From positions 12,431-76,430 of the forward strand of contig CANKWU010000005.1 of NCBI GenBank assembly GCA_947487385.1: a stretch of DNA of 64,000 nucleotides, read 5' to 3'. The DNA is from Spartobacteria bacterium (GTDB taxonomy: Bacteria > Verrucomicrobiota > Verrucomicrobiia > Chthoniobacterales > UBA6821). The notes beneath the pieces were generated by a model, which searched no databases, had not been told where the DNA came from, and saw nothing but the letters and a program-made list of their open reading frames with translations. Shown here in pieces: positions 41,498-51,777 of the stretch (positions within the stretch are counted from its first letter, which is position 1; each line of letters starts with the position of its first letter). The position numbers and the translations under genes are program-made.

Positions 41498-42189
41498 GAC
41501 TTTGGAGGAATCAGGGTGGGATATTTTTCAGCGAGAAGTGGCATCATTTTCTTTCCAAATCGTACCCAGAGCAAATCGAGGCTCTTCGCGGCCAGCCAAC
41601 CTCCGAAGAGGCCCAGAATCATCCCAGCCAGAATATCCAAAGGCCAATGGGAGCCCGTGTAGATACGCGAGTAGGCGATAAGCAGGGCGACGGGGAAATA
41701 AATGGCCCCGCGCCATCCGAAGAAGAGGATCAGGACGGACGCCACGGCCATATTGTTGGCCGCATGACCAGAAGGAAAGGAGCGACCCTTCACGGAGCCA
41801 TCCTCTATCAGCGTGCCCGGGATTTCCGGCGGGACACTCCCCTGCGGAAAGCTCACAACGGGCTCCGCAATCAGACCGCAGATCTTTGGTAGATTCGCGG
41901 GAGCACTCCCCAGCTTTACCACACGGACACCAGGCTCCACCTGACTCGGACGGGGACGACCCACGGCATGTTTGAGAAAGTTCACGCCGACTCCGTCGCT
42001 CAGACCCACAGCGAGACCAGCAGCAAGAATCGCGGCCCGGAAGCGAAAGTTCCCGAAAACCAGTGCCAGCACCAAGAGCAGGAAGAGCCACGGCGCCCAA
42101 GCCCCGTAATCAGCGATAAAGGAGAAAAGATGATCGCTCCAAGGCGCAGTCCATTCCCGGTTGATGAGGATTTGAAGCTGCTGATCCAT
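41494..42189 (-). CDS. PAP2-superfamily phosphatase
   Basis: Tripartite motif 'KHAVGRPRP', 'FPSGHAAN', 'YSRIYTGSHWPLD'. Confidence 0.85.
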   Translation of the reverse strand: MDQQLQILINREWTAPWSDHLFSFIADYGAWAPWLFLLLVLALVFGNFRFRAAILAAGLAVGLSDGVGVNFLKHAVGRPRPSQVEPGVRVVKLGSAPANLPKICGLIAEPVVSFPQGSVPPEIPGTLIEDGSVKGRSFPSGHAANNMAVASVLILFFGWRGAIYFPVALLIAYSRIYTGSHWPLDILAGMILGLFGGWLAAKSLDLLWVRFGKKMMPLLAEKYPTLIPPKS

Positions 42190-42313
42190 AAAGCGATTTT
42201 AAAAGTTATAAGGGGTTCACTCCTTTATGCTCCACTTATTCACGACCTTTCCACTGTTTCTTCATTCTTCATTTTTCCTTCTGCCTTTCAGCACGACTCC
42301 GGCTATCCTATCC

Positions 42314-43813
42314 ATGATGTCGTTACTCGGAAACAACACTCCACGGCCTACGATGTCGCGCGCCCGGATGATTGCGGAGCGTCAGAGAAGATCTTCCGCC
42401 TGGAGAGTGATTCACCTACTCGGATCACTGAAGTTGGCATTGGTTCTTCTCGCGACAATCGCCATCGCCATCGCTACTGCGACTTTCACGGAGGCTCATT
42501 TTGATGCGGCTGTGGCGCGCGCCTGGATCTACAAGGCACCTTGGTTCATCGCATGGCTCGGGGTCCTCTGCATCAATCTCTTTGCCGTAACGCTCACTCG
42601 CTGGCCCTGGCAGAAGAAGCACACGGGTTTTATTATCACTCATTATGGGATTATTCTGCTCCTCATCGGTGCGGTCGTAGGATCGAAGCTCGGATTCGAG
42701 GGGAATGTGACCCTCCGCACCGATGGCCAGCCCCAGCGGAAGATCGTGACCGACCGAAGCTGTATTCAGGTGGAGAGTCCAGCCGATAGCTATCTCTACC
42801 TCATGCCATTCGACACGCGCTTCATGCACCCCTCGGCAACCTCGCCGAAGTATCTTCCAGTCCCCGGAACCTCACTCCAGATCGGAATCGAGGCTGTCTC
42901 AGAACATCTCACCCCTCAACCCCACCTAGCACCTGCCTCCGAGAAGGCTGCTGGCACAGGCGTTCTGCTTGATTTCTCCAGCGGCATGATGAAGCAAACG
43001 CTCCATGTGGGACTCAGCACAGGAGAGGGCTCCCCAGGAACCTATGATTTTTTCGGACGTGCAGCGATCGCCTTAGCCTCGAATGCCTCAGCTCTTCCTC
43101 CTCACGATCCGAATGGTAAAAAGCCATGGCTCGACCTGATCACCGGCACCGAGGGAAAACCTCTGGAGTACCAGATCGGTCGTGGGACCGCAGTCACCTC
43201 CTCAGGTAATCTTCATGAGGGTGATGTTCTTCCCTTGGGCTGGGCCGACTGGCGCCTCCATGTCGCGCAGATCGCTAGTAAATGCGCCGTGGTAACAACA
43301 CCCGCACCGGATGATTCGGGCGCTGAGAGCGGCGTTCCCGGATTCCGTGCGTTCCTCATGAATCCGGCAGGAGAAAAATCGACTCCTCTCTGGGTAGCTT
43401 CTGGTGAAGTGGTGCCTCTCGTTCTAGGCAAAGAGATGGTACGGATCGGTTACGGACTAGAGCTCCGACCGATCCCCTTCTCGATTGCTCTGGCTGAATT
43501 TGAAGTCCCCCGTGATGAGGGAACGGAAACTCCCTCGGACTTCAGAGCCACTGTCCGCTTTAAGAATACGAAGACTGGAGCTCAGCAGGATGGCCTTATC
43601 CGGATGAATCATCCCGCATCCTATCCCGGAGGACTGCTGGCAAATACGACTGGCTTCAACTACAAGTTCTCCCAAGCCGAGTGGAATCCGCGTGACCTAA
43701 AAGAAACTACCCTTCAGGTCCTCTATGATCCCGGTTGGTTGCCGAAATGGATAGGTTCGCTTGCCATCTGCCTCGGCATCGCCACCATGTTCTATATCCG
43801 TCCGAGAGAATGA
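42314..43813 (+). CDS. ccsB: Cytochrome c biogenesis protein ResB/CcsB (system II)
   Basis: N-terminal 'LGSLKLALVLLATIAIAIATATF', large extracytoplasmic domain, C-terminal TM; translationally coupled (ATGA) to ccsA. The start is ambiguous (42227, 42314 or 42353). Confidence 0.8.
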   Translation: MMSLLGNNTPRPTMSRARMIAERQRRSSAWRVIHLLGSLKLALVLLATIAIAIATATFTEAHFDAAVARAWIYKAPWFIAWLGVLCINLFAVTLTRWPWQKKHTGFIITHYGIILLLIGAVVGSKLGFEGNVTLRTDGQPQRKIVTDRSCIQVESPADSYLYLMPFDTRFMHPSATSPKYLPVPGTSLQIGIEAVSEHLTPQPHLAPASEKAAGTGVLLDFSSGMMKQTLHVGLSTGEGSPGTYDFFGRAAIALASNASALPPHDPNGKKPWLDLITGTEGKPLEYQIGRGTAVTSSGNLHEGDVLPLGWADWRLHVAQIASKCAVVTTPAPDDSGAESGVPGFRAFLMNPAGEKSTPLWVASGEVVPLVLGKEMVRIGYGLELRPIPFSIALAEFEVPRDEGTETPSDFRATVRFKNTKTGAQQDGLIRMNHPASYPGGLLANTTGFNYKFSQAEWNPRDLKETTLQVLYDPGWLPKWIGSLAICLGIATMFYIRPRE

Positions 43814-45432
43814 AACTTTCATCCCCGATCCCTCTGCTTGTAGCGCTGCTTTCACTGAACCTGACTCCCGTAGTAACAGCTCTAGCGCAGGTATCTCCTA
43901 AAAGTCTTGAGTCGCTCGTGATCCAAGAGGGAGGAAGGAAAAAACCATATCTTGTCTTCACCGAGGAGACCCTCCGATCTCTCTCGGGGAAAACAGCACT
44001 CAACCTCGATGGACAGAACCAGGACGCCATGACCGTGATCACCGGACTCTGGATGAATCCTGATGACTCCTGGAAGGGAAAGGAGCTGATCCTTGTGTCC
44101 AACCGACCTCTGAGGCAGCTGATTGGACTCGATCCAGTACGGAAGCTCTACAGTTGGAATGCGCTCTCCTCAAATGAAGTGCTAGCTAAGGAGGTTACTG
44201 AAGCCGCCACCGTCCGACGGCGCGACCCCAAAGCCAAGCTGGTTGGGATCCAGAAAGAGGCCTCTGATGTCGGCATGAGAATGGGACTTTTCGAGGAATT
44301 GCTGAAGGGATCAGACTTCAAGATCATCGCCCCACTCTCGGGAAACGACTGGCTGACCTCGGCGCAAATCGATCCCTCCGAAGGAAAAGAGATCATCGAA
44401 TCCGTCGAATCGATGCGCTCCGCATGGAAGGCAAACGATTCAATTCGCTTCGACCAAGCGACCAGTGCTCTTCTGAGCCTGCAAAAACAAGTTGGTGGCC
44501 TCCCTTCTGACTGGAAGACCTCTTTGGAGATCGCCTATCAGAAAGCTCATCCCTTCCGTTGGGCATGGATTCTCTATGCGGCTGCCGGCATCATCCTGCT
44601 TCTCTCCCGGAATAGCTGGGAACGCCTCGGCTATCAGCTTTCCTGGGTCTTGGCGGGAAGCGGTTTCCTCTTACAGGCTGCGGGATTGCTCTCGCGAGTG
44701 TTGATTGCCGGACGCCCTCCGGTAACCAACATGTATGAGTCGGTGATCTGGGTTGCTTTCGGGACGATCCTTTTTGCACTGATTTTTGAGACCATCTACA
44801 AAGCCGGATCCTTCCTGCTGGGAGCGGTTCCTGTAGCGGTCGCCTCTCTTATCCTGGCAGACAGCCAGCCGGTGATCCTAGACCACTCGATCCATCCCCT
44901 CACCCCGGTGCTAAGGGATAATTTCTGGCTCTCCACTCATGTGCTCTCCATCACGCTCAGCTACGCCGCCTTTGCTCTGTCTCTGGGGGTGGCCCATATT
45001 GCCCTCGCTCAGGTCATCGCGGGGAGGAAGCCGACAGCAACCCTATATACCTATCTTTATAAGACCCTTCAGGTCGGGGTGCTGTTGCTGGCCGTCGGCA
45101 CCATTCTTGGCGGCGTCTGGGCGAATTATTCCTGGGGACGCTTCTGGGACTGGGATCCCAAGGAGACCTGGGCACTCACGGCACTGCTCGGATATCTCTT
45201 CCTGCTTCATGGAAGGATCAGCGGTCTATGGGGGGGCTTTGGTCTCGCAGTCGGATCGGTCATCGCCTTCATGAGCGTCCTGATGGCCTGGTACGGGGTG
45301 AATTTCGTTCTAGGCGCGGGTCTTCACAGTTACGGCTTTGGCACGGGGGGATTCTCCTTAGTGGCGATCTTTGTCGGTTGCGAGCTCCTCTTCGTACTCC
45401 TCTCCCTTTGGAGGAAAAGTGCTAATCTATGA
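43810..45432 (+). CDS. ccsA: Cytochrome c biogenesis protein CcsA/ResC (heme handling, system II)
   Basis: WWD-type motif 'WANYSWGRFWDWDPKETWAL'; polytopic. ATG at 43810 gives a signal-like N-terminus 'MKLSSPIPLLVALLSL'. Confidence 0.88.
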   Translation: MKLSSPIPLLVALLSLNLTPVVTALAQVSPKSLESLVIQEGGRKKPYLVFTEETLRSLSGKTALNLDGQNQDAMTVITGLWMNPDDSWKGKELILVSNRPLRQLIGLDPVRKLYSWNALSSNEVLAKEVTEAATVRRRDPKAKLVGIQKEASDVGMRMGLFEELLKGSDFKIIAPLSGNDWLTSAQIDPSEGKEIIESVESMRSAWKANDSIRFDQATSALLSLQKQVGGLPSDWKTSLEIAYQKAHPFRWAWILYAAAGIILLLSRNSWERLGYQLSWVLAGSGFLLQAAGLLSRVLIAGRPPVTNMYESVIWVAFGTILFALIFETIYKAGSFLLGAVPVAVASLILADSQPVILDHSIHPLTPVLRDNFWLSTHVLSITLSYAAFALSLGVAHIALAQVIAGRKPTATLYTYLYKTLQVGVLLLAVGTILGGVWANYSWGRFWDWDPKETWALTALLGYLFLLHGRISGLWGGFGLAVGSVIAFMSVLMAWYGVNFVLGAGLHSYGFGTGGFSLVAIFVGCELLFVLLSLWRKSANL

Positions 45433-45643
45433 AAAACTAAACCTGTTGATGTGTATTGCGCAGAGAAGCGGCTGTAGTCTTTGCGCTACAGCCCAAGCGA
45501 TACGACACAGCACAACGTCTCATGCCGCCGCAAAGAATTTCTAGAGATGAAGAAAAATCGCTCTAAGATCATAACCTCCGCAAGAACCTGCTCCATCATT
45601 TCCGCGCCTTGCTCTGCGCGAAATCCGAATTAAATCTTTCAGC

Positions 45644-46621
45644 TTACTGGCCCCCAAAGGCTGGGTTAACCCGAACCCCCGCTGAAGTGCCTGAGAGAGG
45701 AACGGAACTGGCACTGGGACGGGTGGTGTACGTGGTGGTCGGGGAACGCTTCGCATTGTTGCGATCGTGCTCGTAAAGATTTATTCCCTTACGCAGTTGC
45801 ACAAAGGTGTTGTTGTCGCCGAAGTATTTCCAAGGTCCATCAGGAACGCTCGCGGCATCAACAAACTTCCAGTCACAGAGATCGTTTTTTCCCATTCCGA
45901 GGTAGTCGCGGGCTGCAGGTGAAATGTCGAGACCGGCACCGCGGTTCAGATTTGGGCGGGGAAGCGCGTTTCCAAAGACATACTGCCAGTGGTCAGTGCG
46001 GAAGGGTCCGCAATCTTCCCACTGAGTAAAAACAGTCTTTCCACCATGATGAATGGCGACCCATCGCCCTTTGAGAACGGACTTCCCCTCCTTCTCAAAG
46101 CAGTCGTGGAACCAAGGGACAACCTTTCTTACCTCGGCCTTGGTGTTTCCCCGTGAAACGTCGCAGTAAGGAAGTGCGCAATAAAAGGGATTTTGCCGGG
46201 GGAAGAACCCGCGTGGAGCGAAAGTTTTGGGATCACGGTAACGGGGATCTGGATTATCGTAACCTCCGTAATTCCTAGCCCAGTTGGCATCCCAGGCACT
46301 CCGGTTGTTCGGGACAGGGTTGCGGGCGGTCGGGCGCTCCCCAATCCAGAAAATCGTGGTCATTATATTACGATGCCAGGGATACTTGCCAAATCCAACC
46401 ACCGGAGCTGTCGGAACGCTGACTGTGGGAGGGCGGGTCTGCTGAATCGCTTTCTCTCTAATCTGCATGGCCATTTTCTCAAAATCCGCCCCCGACATAG
46501 CCCCCGAATCGGGAGAAAAACGGGCCTTCACCGAGTCGACGACATCAGAAATCGAGGCTTCTGCCAGAACTGGCAGAAGGAACGGGATCAGGATCAGAAA
46601 CCGGAAAGAAAATGTCATCAA
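45644..46621 (-). CDS. Secreted hypothetical protein, possible RlpA-like double-psi beta-barrel domain
   Basis: Signal peptide 'MMTFSFRFLILIPFLLPVLAEA'. 'GRWVAIHHGGKTVFTQWEDCGPF....GAGLDISPAARDYLGM' resembles the DPBB pattern; weak, by-eye call. Confidence 0.4.
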   Translation of the reverse strand: MMTFSFRFLILIPFLLPVLAEASISDVVDSVKARFSPDSGAMSGADFEKMAMQIREKAIQQTRPPTVSVPTAPVVGFGKYPWHRNIMTTIFWIGERPTARNPVPNNRSAWDANWARNYGGYDNPDPRYRDPKTFAPRGFFPRQNPFYCALPYCDVSRGNTKAEVRKVVPWFHDCFEKEGKSVLKGRWVAIHHGGKTVFTQWEDCGPFRTDHWQYVFGNALPRPNLNRGAGLDISPAARDYLGMGKNDLCDWKFVDAASVPDGPWKYFGDNNTFVQLRKGINLYEHDRNNAKRSPTTTYTTRPSASSVPLSGTSAGVRVNPAFGGQ

Positions 46622-46770
46622 CTCTATAAGGTTAGGGCAGGATCATGTAGGGGCAAGGGGTAAATCCCCCTTGGAATCACCCATGGGTAAAAAACTCCCT
46701 AACCAACCTCAAAATCGGTGGGTCAGGGACTTCGAAAACGTAAAATAAAGCCTACCGAGTCAGTGCTTCC

Positions 46771-48243
46771 TTAAGCCGTGTAGGTAGTCGAGGCGGTTGT
46801 GCCTCCCTGACCGGTCCAATTCGTATGAAAGAATTCACCTGAAGGCTTGTCCAACCTCTCATATGTATGGGCACCGAAGAAATCACGCTGGGCTTGAAGG
46901 AGATTAGCCGGAAGGCGAGCACTGCGATAGCTGTCATAATATCCAAGGCTAGCGGTGAATGCAGGAGCGGCCACCCCTCGCTCGACGGCAGCACAAATTG
47001 CACGACGCCATCCAACCTGCGACTTCACGAATACCTGGGTGAAAAATGGCGCCAGCATCAGGTTCTCAAGGCTTGGGTTAGCCTCATAAGCCTCCTTGAT
47101 GCGGTTCAGGAAAGCAGCACGGATGATACAACCCCCACGCCAAATGGTGGCGATATCACCGAAGTTCAGGTTCCAGTTGTAGAATTTTCCGGCAGTGGCA
47201 AGGAGGTCGAGACCCTGAGCGTAGCTGACGATCTTACTTGCATAGAGGGCATCGCGCACATCGTTAATGAACTGCTGGCGATCACCGGTGAAGGGCTTCG
47301 CATCGACGACGGGAAGGATCTGGCTGGCAGCGACACGCTTCTCCTTCATGGAAGAGAGGATGCGAGCTTCCACAGCGGCATTGACGGTAGAAAGGACGAC
47401 GGCATGTTCGACGGCGTTGCCGACGGTCCACTTCCCGGTCCCTTTTTGACCTGCCTTGTCGAGGATGACATCAATCAGGGGCTTGCCGGTTTCCTCGTCC
47501 TTCTTGGTGAAGATCTGCTCGGTGATGTCGATGAGATAACTGTTAAGCTCTCCTTTGTTCCACTCGGCGAAGATTTGATGAAATTCCTCGGCGGTGGGAT
47601 TGATCGCGGACTTCAGGATAGCATAGGCCTCGCAGATGAGCTGCATGTCGCCGTACTCGATGCCATTGTGAATCATCTTGACGTAGTGACCGGCTCCGTC
47701 CGGGCCCATGTGACGGCAGCAGGGCTCACCCTCCACAATCGCGGCGATCTTGCGGAAGATCGGTCCAACGCACTTCCACGACTCTTCCGATCCGCCAGGC
47801 ATGATCGAGGGGCCGTTGAGTGCGCCCTCCTCGCCGCCGGAGACGCCTGCGCCGACATAGTGCAGCCCCTTTTCCTTGAGAGCCTTCTCACGGCGCTGAG
47901 TGTCGGTCCAGAGGCTGTTGCCACCATCGATAATGATATCGTCCTGCTCTAGCAGGGGAACGAGTTGCTCGATCACTGCATCCACGGGGGCACCAGCCTT
48001 CACCATAATCATCGCCTTGCGGGGACGGGCGAGGGAGCTGACGAATCCCTCAAGAGTCTCGGTGGGAATGATATTCTTACCCTTGGCGCGACCCTCGGCA
48101 AACTTCTGGGTCACGGCAGCGGTGCGGTTATAGACGCTGACAGAGAAGCCTTTGCTCTCCATGTTGAGGACGAGGTTCTCGCCCATGACAGCTAAACCGA
48201 TTAGTCCGATATCGCTCAGGGTTGTGATGTTGGTGTTGCTCAT
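46771..48243 (-). CDS. gnd: 6-phosphogluconate dehydrogenase, decarboxylating
   Basis: 490 aa; 'IGLIGLAVMGENLVLN', 'IIDGGNS', 'GAGHYVKMIHNGIEYGDMQLI'. Confidence 0.93.
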   Translation of the reverse strand: MSNTNITTLSDIGLIGLAVMGENLVLNMESKGFSVSVYNRTAAVTQKFAEGRAKGKNIIPTETLEGFVSSLARPRKAMIMVKAGAPVDAVIEQLVPLLEQDDIIIDGGNSLWTDTQRREKALKEKGLHYVGAGVSGGEEGALNGPSIMPGGSEESWKCVGPIFRKIAAIVEGEPCCRHMGPDGAGHYVKMIHNGIEYGDMQLICEAYAILKSAINPTAEEFHQIFAEWNKGELNSYLIDITEQIFTKKDEETGKPLIDVILDKAGQKGTGKWTVGNAVEHAVVLSTVNAAVEARILSSMKEKRVAASQILPVVDAKPFTGDRQQFINDVRDALYASKIVSYAQGLDLLATAGKFYNWNLNFGDIATIWRGGCIIRAAFLNRIKEAYEANPSLENLMLAPFFTQVFVKSQVGWRRAICAAVERGVAAPAFTASLGYYDSYRSARLPANLLQAQRDFFGAHTYERLDKPSGEFFHTNWTGQGGTTASTTYTA

Positions 48244-48346
48244 AAATTTGGAGATTCAGGTTGTCCGAAACAGTTGGAAAGCCTATCTCCCATAAAGGTC
48301 GCTTGGCAACCGCGTTCTGGCATCCTCTCTCCCAACTTACACGCCA

Positions 48347-48910
48347 ATGAATCTTCCCAATCGTCTGACTGTCTTCCGTCTTATCCTGACCGGTTTTTTC
48401 GTCGCCTTTCTCTCCACCTCCACCCACTGGGGAGATGTCATTGCCCTTCTTCTTTTCATCATCGCCTCGCTGACAGACTGGCTGGATGGATATCTGGCCC
48501 GCCGACTCAACCAAATGACAAATTTTGGAAAGCTCATGGACCCCCTCGCCGACAAGGTCTTGGTCGCCTCGGCTCTGGTCTGCATGATTCCGCTGGGTGC
48601 TCTTCCAGCATGGGCTGTGATCGTCATCATCACGCGCGAATTCCTCATCACCGGCCTTCGCCAACTGGCTGCGGGTCAGGGACAGATCCTGCCGGCAGAT
48701 CCTCTAGGCAAGCATAAGACTGCCTGGCAGCTCATCACGATCCTTTTCTTCCTCATCTTACTGGCTGCCGGAGATGTTTTCGGCGATAAGTCGCGCTGGC
48801 TAAAGTTTCTCTGGGTGAACGTAGGCCCTTTCCTGATAGGGATCACCATCATCCTGACAATCTATTCCGGCCTAGCTTACCTCTTGAAGAATAGAAACCT
48901 GCTCCGCTGA
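48347..48910 (+). CDS. pgsA: CDP-diacylglycerol--glycerol-3-phosphate 3-phosphatidyltransferase
   Basis: CDP-alcohol phosphatidyltransferase motif 'DWLDGYLARRLNQMTNFGKLMDPLADK'; 187 aa. Confidence 0.88.
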   Translation: MNLPNRLTVFRLILTGFFVAFLSTSTHWGDVIALLLFIIASLTDWLDGYLARRLNQMTNFGKLMDPLADKVLVASALVCMIPLGALPAWAVIVIITREFLITGLRQLAAGQGQILPADPLGKHKTAWQLITILFFLILLAAGDVFGDKSRWLKFLWVNVGPFLIGITIILTIYSGLAYLLKNRNLLR

Positions 48911-48924
48911 GCAGATCCTCCATC

Positions 48925-49740
48925 TTATTCCTGTTTTTCCGTCTCCTCCTCAATCTCCTTACGGAGAGGAGGTGAGAGAAGAGGACGGATAAATCCGTAA
49001 AGCAGGAATCCGACGAAAAGCAGGGCCGGCATCCACTCGTAATTCAGTCCGGCAAAGGCTAGGATCACAATGATCAGGAGAAAGCGTGGCAGGGAGTGTT
49101 GCGTCCTCCAATTCAGCCCCTTGAAGCTCGGGTAGCGAACATGGCTGAACATCATGAACGAGAGGAAGAGCAAGAGAACGGGTAGGGCGAATTTCCACCT
49201 TCCGATCGTCCGTGCACCCTCCTCCAACCAGAGCATGAAGAGAGTCAGCGAAGCGATTAGTCCGGCTGCTGCTGGAATGGGAAAGCCCATGAATTCATTC
49301 GAGTGTTCCTTTAACTCGGAGGAATCCTTAATGGCTGAGGCGATGCAATTGAACCGGGCCAGGCGTAATGCACCGCATAACAGATAGATGAAGGCGATCA
49401 CCCAACCGGTTTTATGGAAGTCCTTCAGAACAATTTGGTAGACAAGTAGGGCAGGAGCGAGGCCGAAGGAGACCACATCGGCCAACGAGTCAAATTCTCG
49501 TCCAAAGGGACTCTCGCAACCACCGAGGCGCGCCACACGACCGTCAAGCAGGTCAAAGACGCAGGCTCCTAGAATGAAAGCCAGAGCCTGATGGTAGCAG
49601 TTTGTGACAGGCTCGCCCCCATTATTCAATAAAGCGGCCTCGATGATCTTCAGCACTGCGGCAAATCCACAAAAGAGATTTCCAGCCGTCATCATGTTCG
49701 GCAGGAGATAAATTTTTGGTTCGTGTTTGCTGACAGTCAT
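48925..49740 (-). CDS. pssA: CDP-diacylglycerol--serine O-phosphatidyltransferase
   Basis: 'DLLDGRVARLGGCESPFGREFDSLADVVSFGLAPA'; 271 aa; downstream of psd. Confidence 0.85.
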   Translation of the reverse strand: MTVSKHEPKIYLLPNMMTAGNLFCGFAAVLKIIEAALLNNGGEPVTNCYHQALAFILGACVFDLLDGRVARLGGCESPFGREFDSLADVVSFGLAPALLVYQIVLKDFHKTGWVIAFIYLLCGALRLARFNCIASAIKDSSELKEHSNEFMGFPIPAAAGLIASLTLFMLWLEEGARTIGRWKFALPVLLLFLSFMMFSHVRYPSFKGLNWRTQHSLPRFLLIIVILAFAGLNYEWMPALLFVGFLLYGFIRPLLSPPLRKEIEEETEKQE

Positions 49741-49877
49741 TTTAGTTGGGGAATGGATGATCGGAGTGCTGAAAGGTGGAAAAGTTAAAATCTTAGAATG
49801 TTAGAATGTTAAAAATAAAAGAGTCATTCCGAACAGACTCCGATTTTCACTCTTCATTGTGCCTTTTTACTTTCCCA

Positions 49878-50546
49878 TTAGGAGGCCATGCGGGCAATCG
49901 CCGTCTCACCACCTTTTACTTTCTTACCAACCGTAACAAGGACTTCGGCATCAAGCGGGAGATAGAGATCAGTGCGCGAGCCGAAGCGGATCATGCCGAA
50001 ACGTTCTCCGCGCTCCATCGATTCGCCAAGCAAAGCCCAAGGGACGATGCGTCGGGCAATCGCTCCAGTGATCTGCTTTACAGCGACAGCCTTCTCGAGA
50101 TGATTCTTGAGGCCAAAGACCCAGAAGAGACTCTCGTTGAGTACCGAAGCTTCGGGATGGCGCGCATCGAGGTAAAGACCACCACGCCCTTCGGTAAAGA
50201 GAACTTCACCCGCGATTGGGGTGCGGTTCACATGGACATCGAAAACAGAAAGAAAGATCGAGACGCGCTTCATCCGTCGCTTGAAGTACTGCTCCTCCTC
50301 AACTTCATCGACAAGAGTCACTGTCCCGTCGGCTGGTGAAACAGCAATAGAAGGGTCAGTAGGCGGTTTGCGTTCCGGATCACGGAAGAACCAGAGGCAG
50401 AAGAGAAGCAGTCCACCTGTAATAACCGGAGGGAGGAAGGAGTGGAGCAGTCTGGTTTCGGAGAGCACGTTTGCAACGATGAGGATGATGAAAATCCAAC
50501 GCCCTTCGTACATTGCTCGGGCTGCCCTCGGTTTCTGAATACTCAT
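49878..50546 (-). CDS. psd: Phosphatidylserine decarboxylase proenzyme (short, Asd-like type)
   Basis: Cleavage-site region 'GERFGMIRFGSRTDLYLP'; N-terminal TM helices. ATG at 50546 preferred over GTG at 50570. Confidence 0.85.
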   Translation of the reverse strand: MSIQKPRAARAMYEGRWIFIILIVANVLSETRLLHSFLPPVITGGLLLFCLWFFRDPERKPPTDPSIAVSPADGTVTLVDEVEEEQYFKRRMKRVSIFLSVFDVHVNRTPIAGEVLFTEGRGGLYLDARHPEASVLNESLFWVFGLKNHLEKAVAVKQITGAIARRIVPWALLGESMERGERFGMIRFGSRTDLYLPLDAEVLVTVGKKVKGGETAIARMAS

Positions 50547-50706
50547 GTAGAAGAATCCTAGTTCGGACACCTTTCCCCGCGCGAGTCGATAAATCAGGGG
50601 ATTAAATGTGGAACTCAGGAAAACAGGAATTTTTGAACATCTTTGCCAGAATCCTTTTTATGAGTTCCTGAGTTCCATATTAAAATTTTTGAATTAACCT
50701 ACCAGT

Positions 50707-51258
50707 ATGACCATAGCCACCACGGAACCGACCCCCAATCTCACGATGGAGGAACTTCTGGGAATTTTCCCCGGGGCACGTCGTACGCTTTTCCAACTCC
50801 ACCATATCGGGGGGTGCAGCAGTTGTGGATTTTCCCCGACCGAAACACTGACCCAAATCTGTGCACGCAATGGCGGACTCGATCCAGAGGTTGTGCTAGG
50901 TGAAATCAAAGAGGGACACCTCAAGGATGAGGCGCTCCTGATCTCCCCCCTCGATCTTCATGCCCGAATCACCGATTCCTCCATTCACCTGCTGGACATC
51001 CGAACACGCGAAGAACACGAGGCGGTTGCGATTTCCGGTAGCCGTTTCATGACTCAGGAGATCATGCAGGAGGCAATGAACTGGCCAAAGGAGACGGAGA
51101 TCGTCCTGATCGACCACGCCGGCGGCCGTGTGCTGGATGCGGCTGCCTACTTTGCTGGCCACGGATTCAGTCATGTCAAAGGACTCAAGGGGGGTATCGA
51201 TGCTTACTCTGAGCAGGCGGATCCCTCTCTTCCCCGCTACACCACCGAGGCTGCATAA
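50707..51258 (+). CDS. DUF1858 (redox-disulfide-like) + rhodanese-homology domain protein
   Basis: N-terminal 'LLGIFPGARRTLFQLHHIGGCSSCGFSPTETL' (DUF1858-like CxxC). The C-terminal rhodanese fold 'IHLLDIRTREEHE...IVLIDHAGGRV' has Asp where the catalytic Cys is expected. Confidence 0.65.
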   Translation: MTIATTEPTPNLTMEELLGIFPGARRTLFQLHHIGGCSSCGFSPTETLTQICARNGGLDPEVVLGEIKEGHLKDEALLISPLDLHARITDSSIHLLDIRTREEHEAVAISGSRFMTQEIMQEAMNWPKETEIVLIDHAGGRVLDAAAYFAGHGFSHVKGLKGGIDAYSEQADPSLPRYTTEAA

Positions 51259-51261
51259 GTC

Positions 51262-51768
51262 ATGGAAAACGACCAAGCTCAAGCATCGACTCAATCCGTG
51301 GAGGAAGCCGCCAAGAACCCGAAGAACCTCGGCGAGATGGAGGGAGCTGACGCTGTCGGAACCGTTGGCCGGAGCGATTGCGGAGACATGCTTCGGATGT
51401 GGGTAAAGTTCAAGGAGGAGGATGGTCGCAAGGTGATCGACCGTGCCAGCTTCCAGACCTTCGGTTGCCAGACAGCAATCGCCGTGGCGAGCGTTGCCAC
51501 CGAGATGATCCGAGGAAAGACCGCCTCCGAGGCACTCTCCATGAGTGGTGAAGAACTCTCCTCCCCGCTTGGTCCCCTCCCCCCAATGAAGATCCATTGC
51601 GCCCAACTCGTCGAAGATGCCCTCCGCTCGGCGCTCGATCCTGCAGCGGCCAAACCTTCAAGTCTTTCTTCTCCGCTAATTTCTTCGGGACCCACCCTTG
51701 CAGAGCAGCTCACCCCTGCCTTGGGAAAAGTCAAAATCACCCTTCTAACAAAAACTCCAACGGCATAG
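51262..51768 (+). CDS. IscU/NifU-type Fe-S cluster scaffold protein
   Basis: Three scaffold cysteines in 'RSDCGDMLRMW', 'FGCQTAIA', 'KIHCAQLVEDAL'; 168 aa with extended termini. Confidence 0.85.
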   Translation: MENDQAQASTQSVEEAAKNPKNLGEMEGADAVGTVGRSDCGDMLRMWVKFKEEDGRKVIDRASFQTFGCQTAIAVASVATEMIRGKTASEALSMSGEELSSPLGPLPPMKIHCAQLVEDALRSALDPAAAKPSSLSSPLISSGPTLAEQLTPALGKVKITLLTKTPTA

Positions 51769-51777
51769 TCTCCTTCA

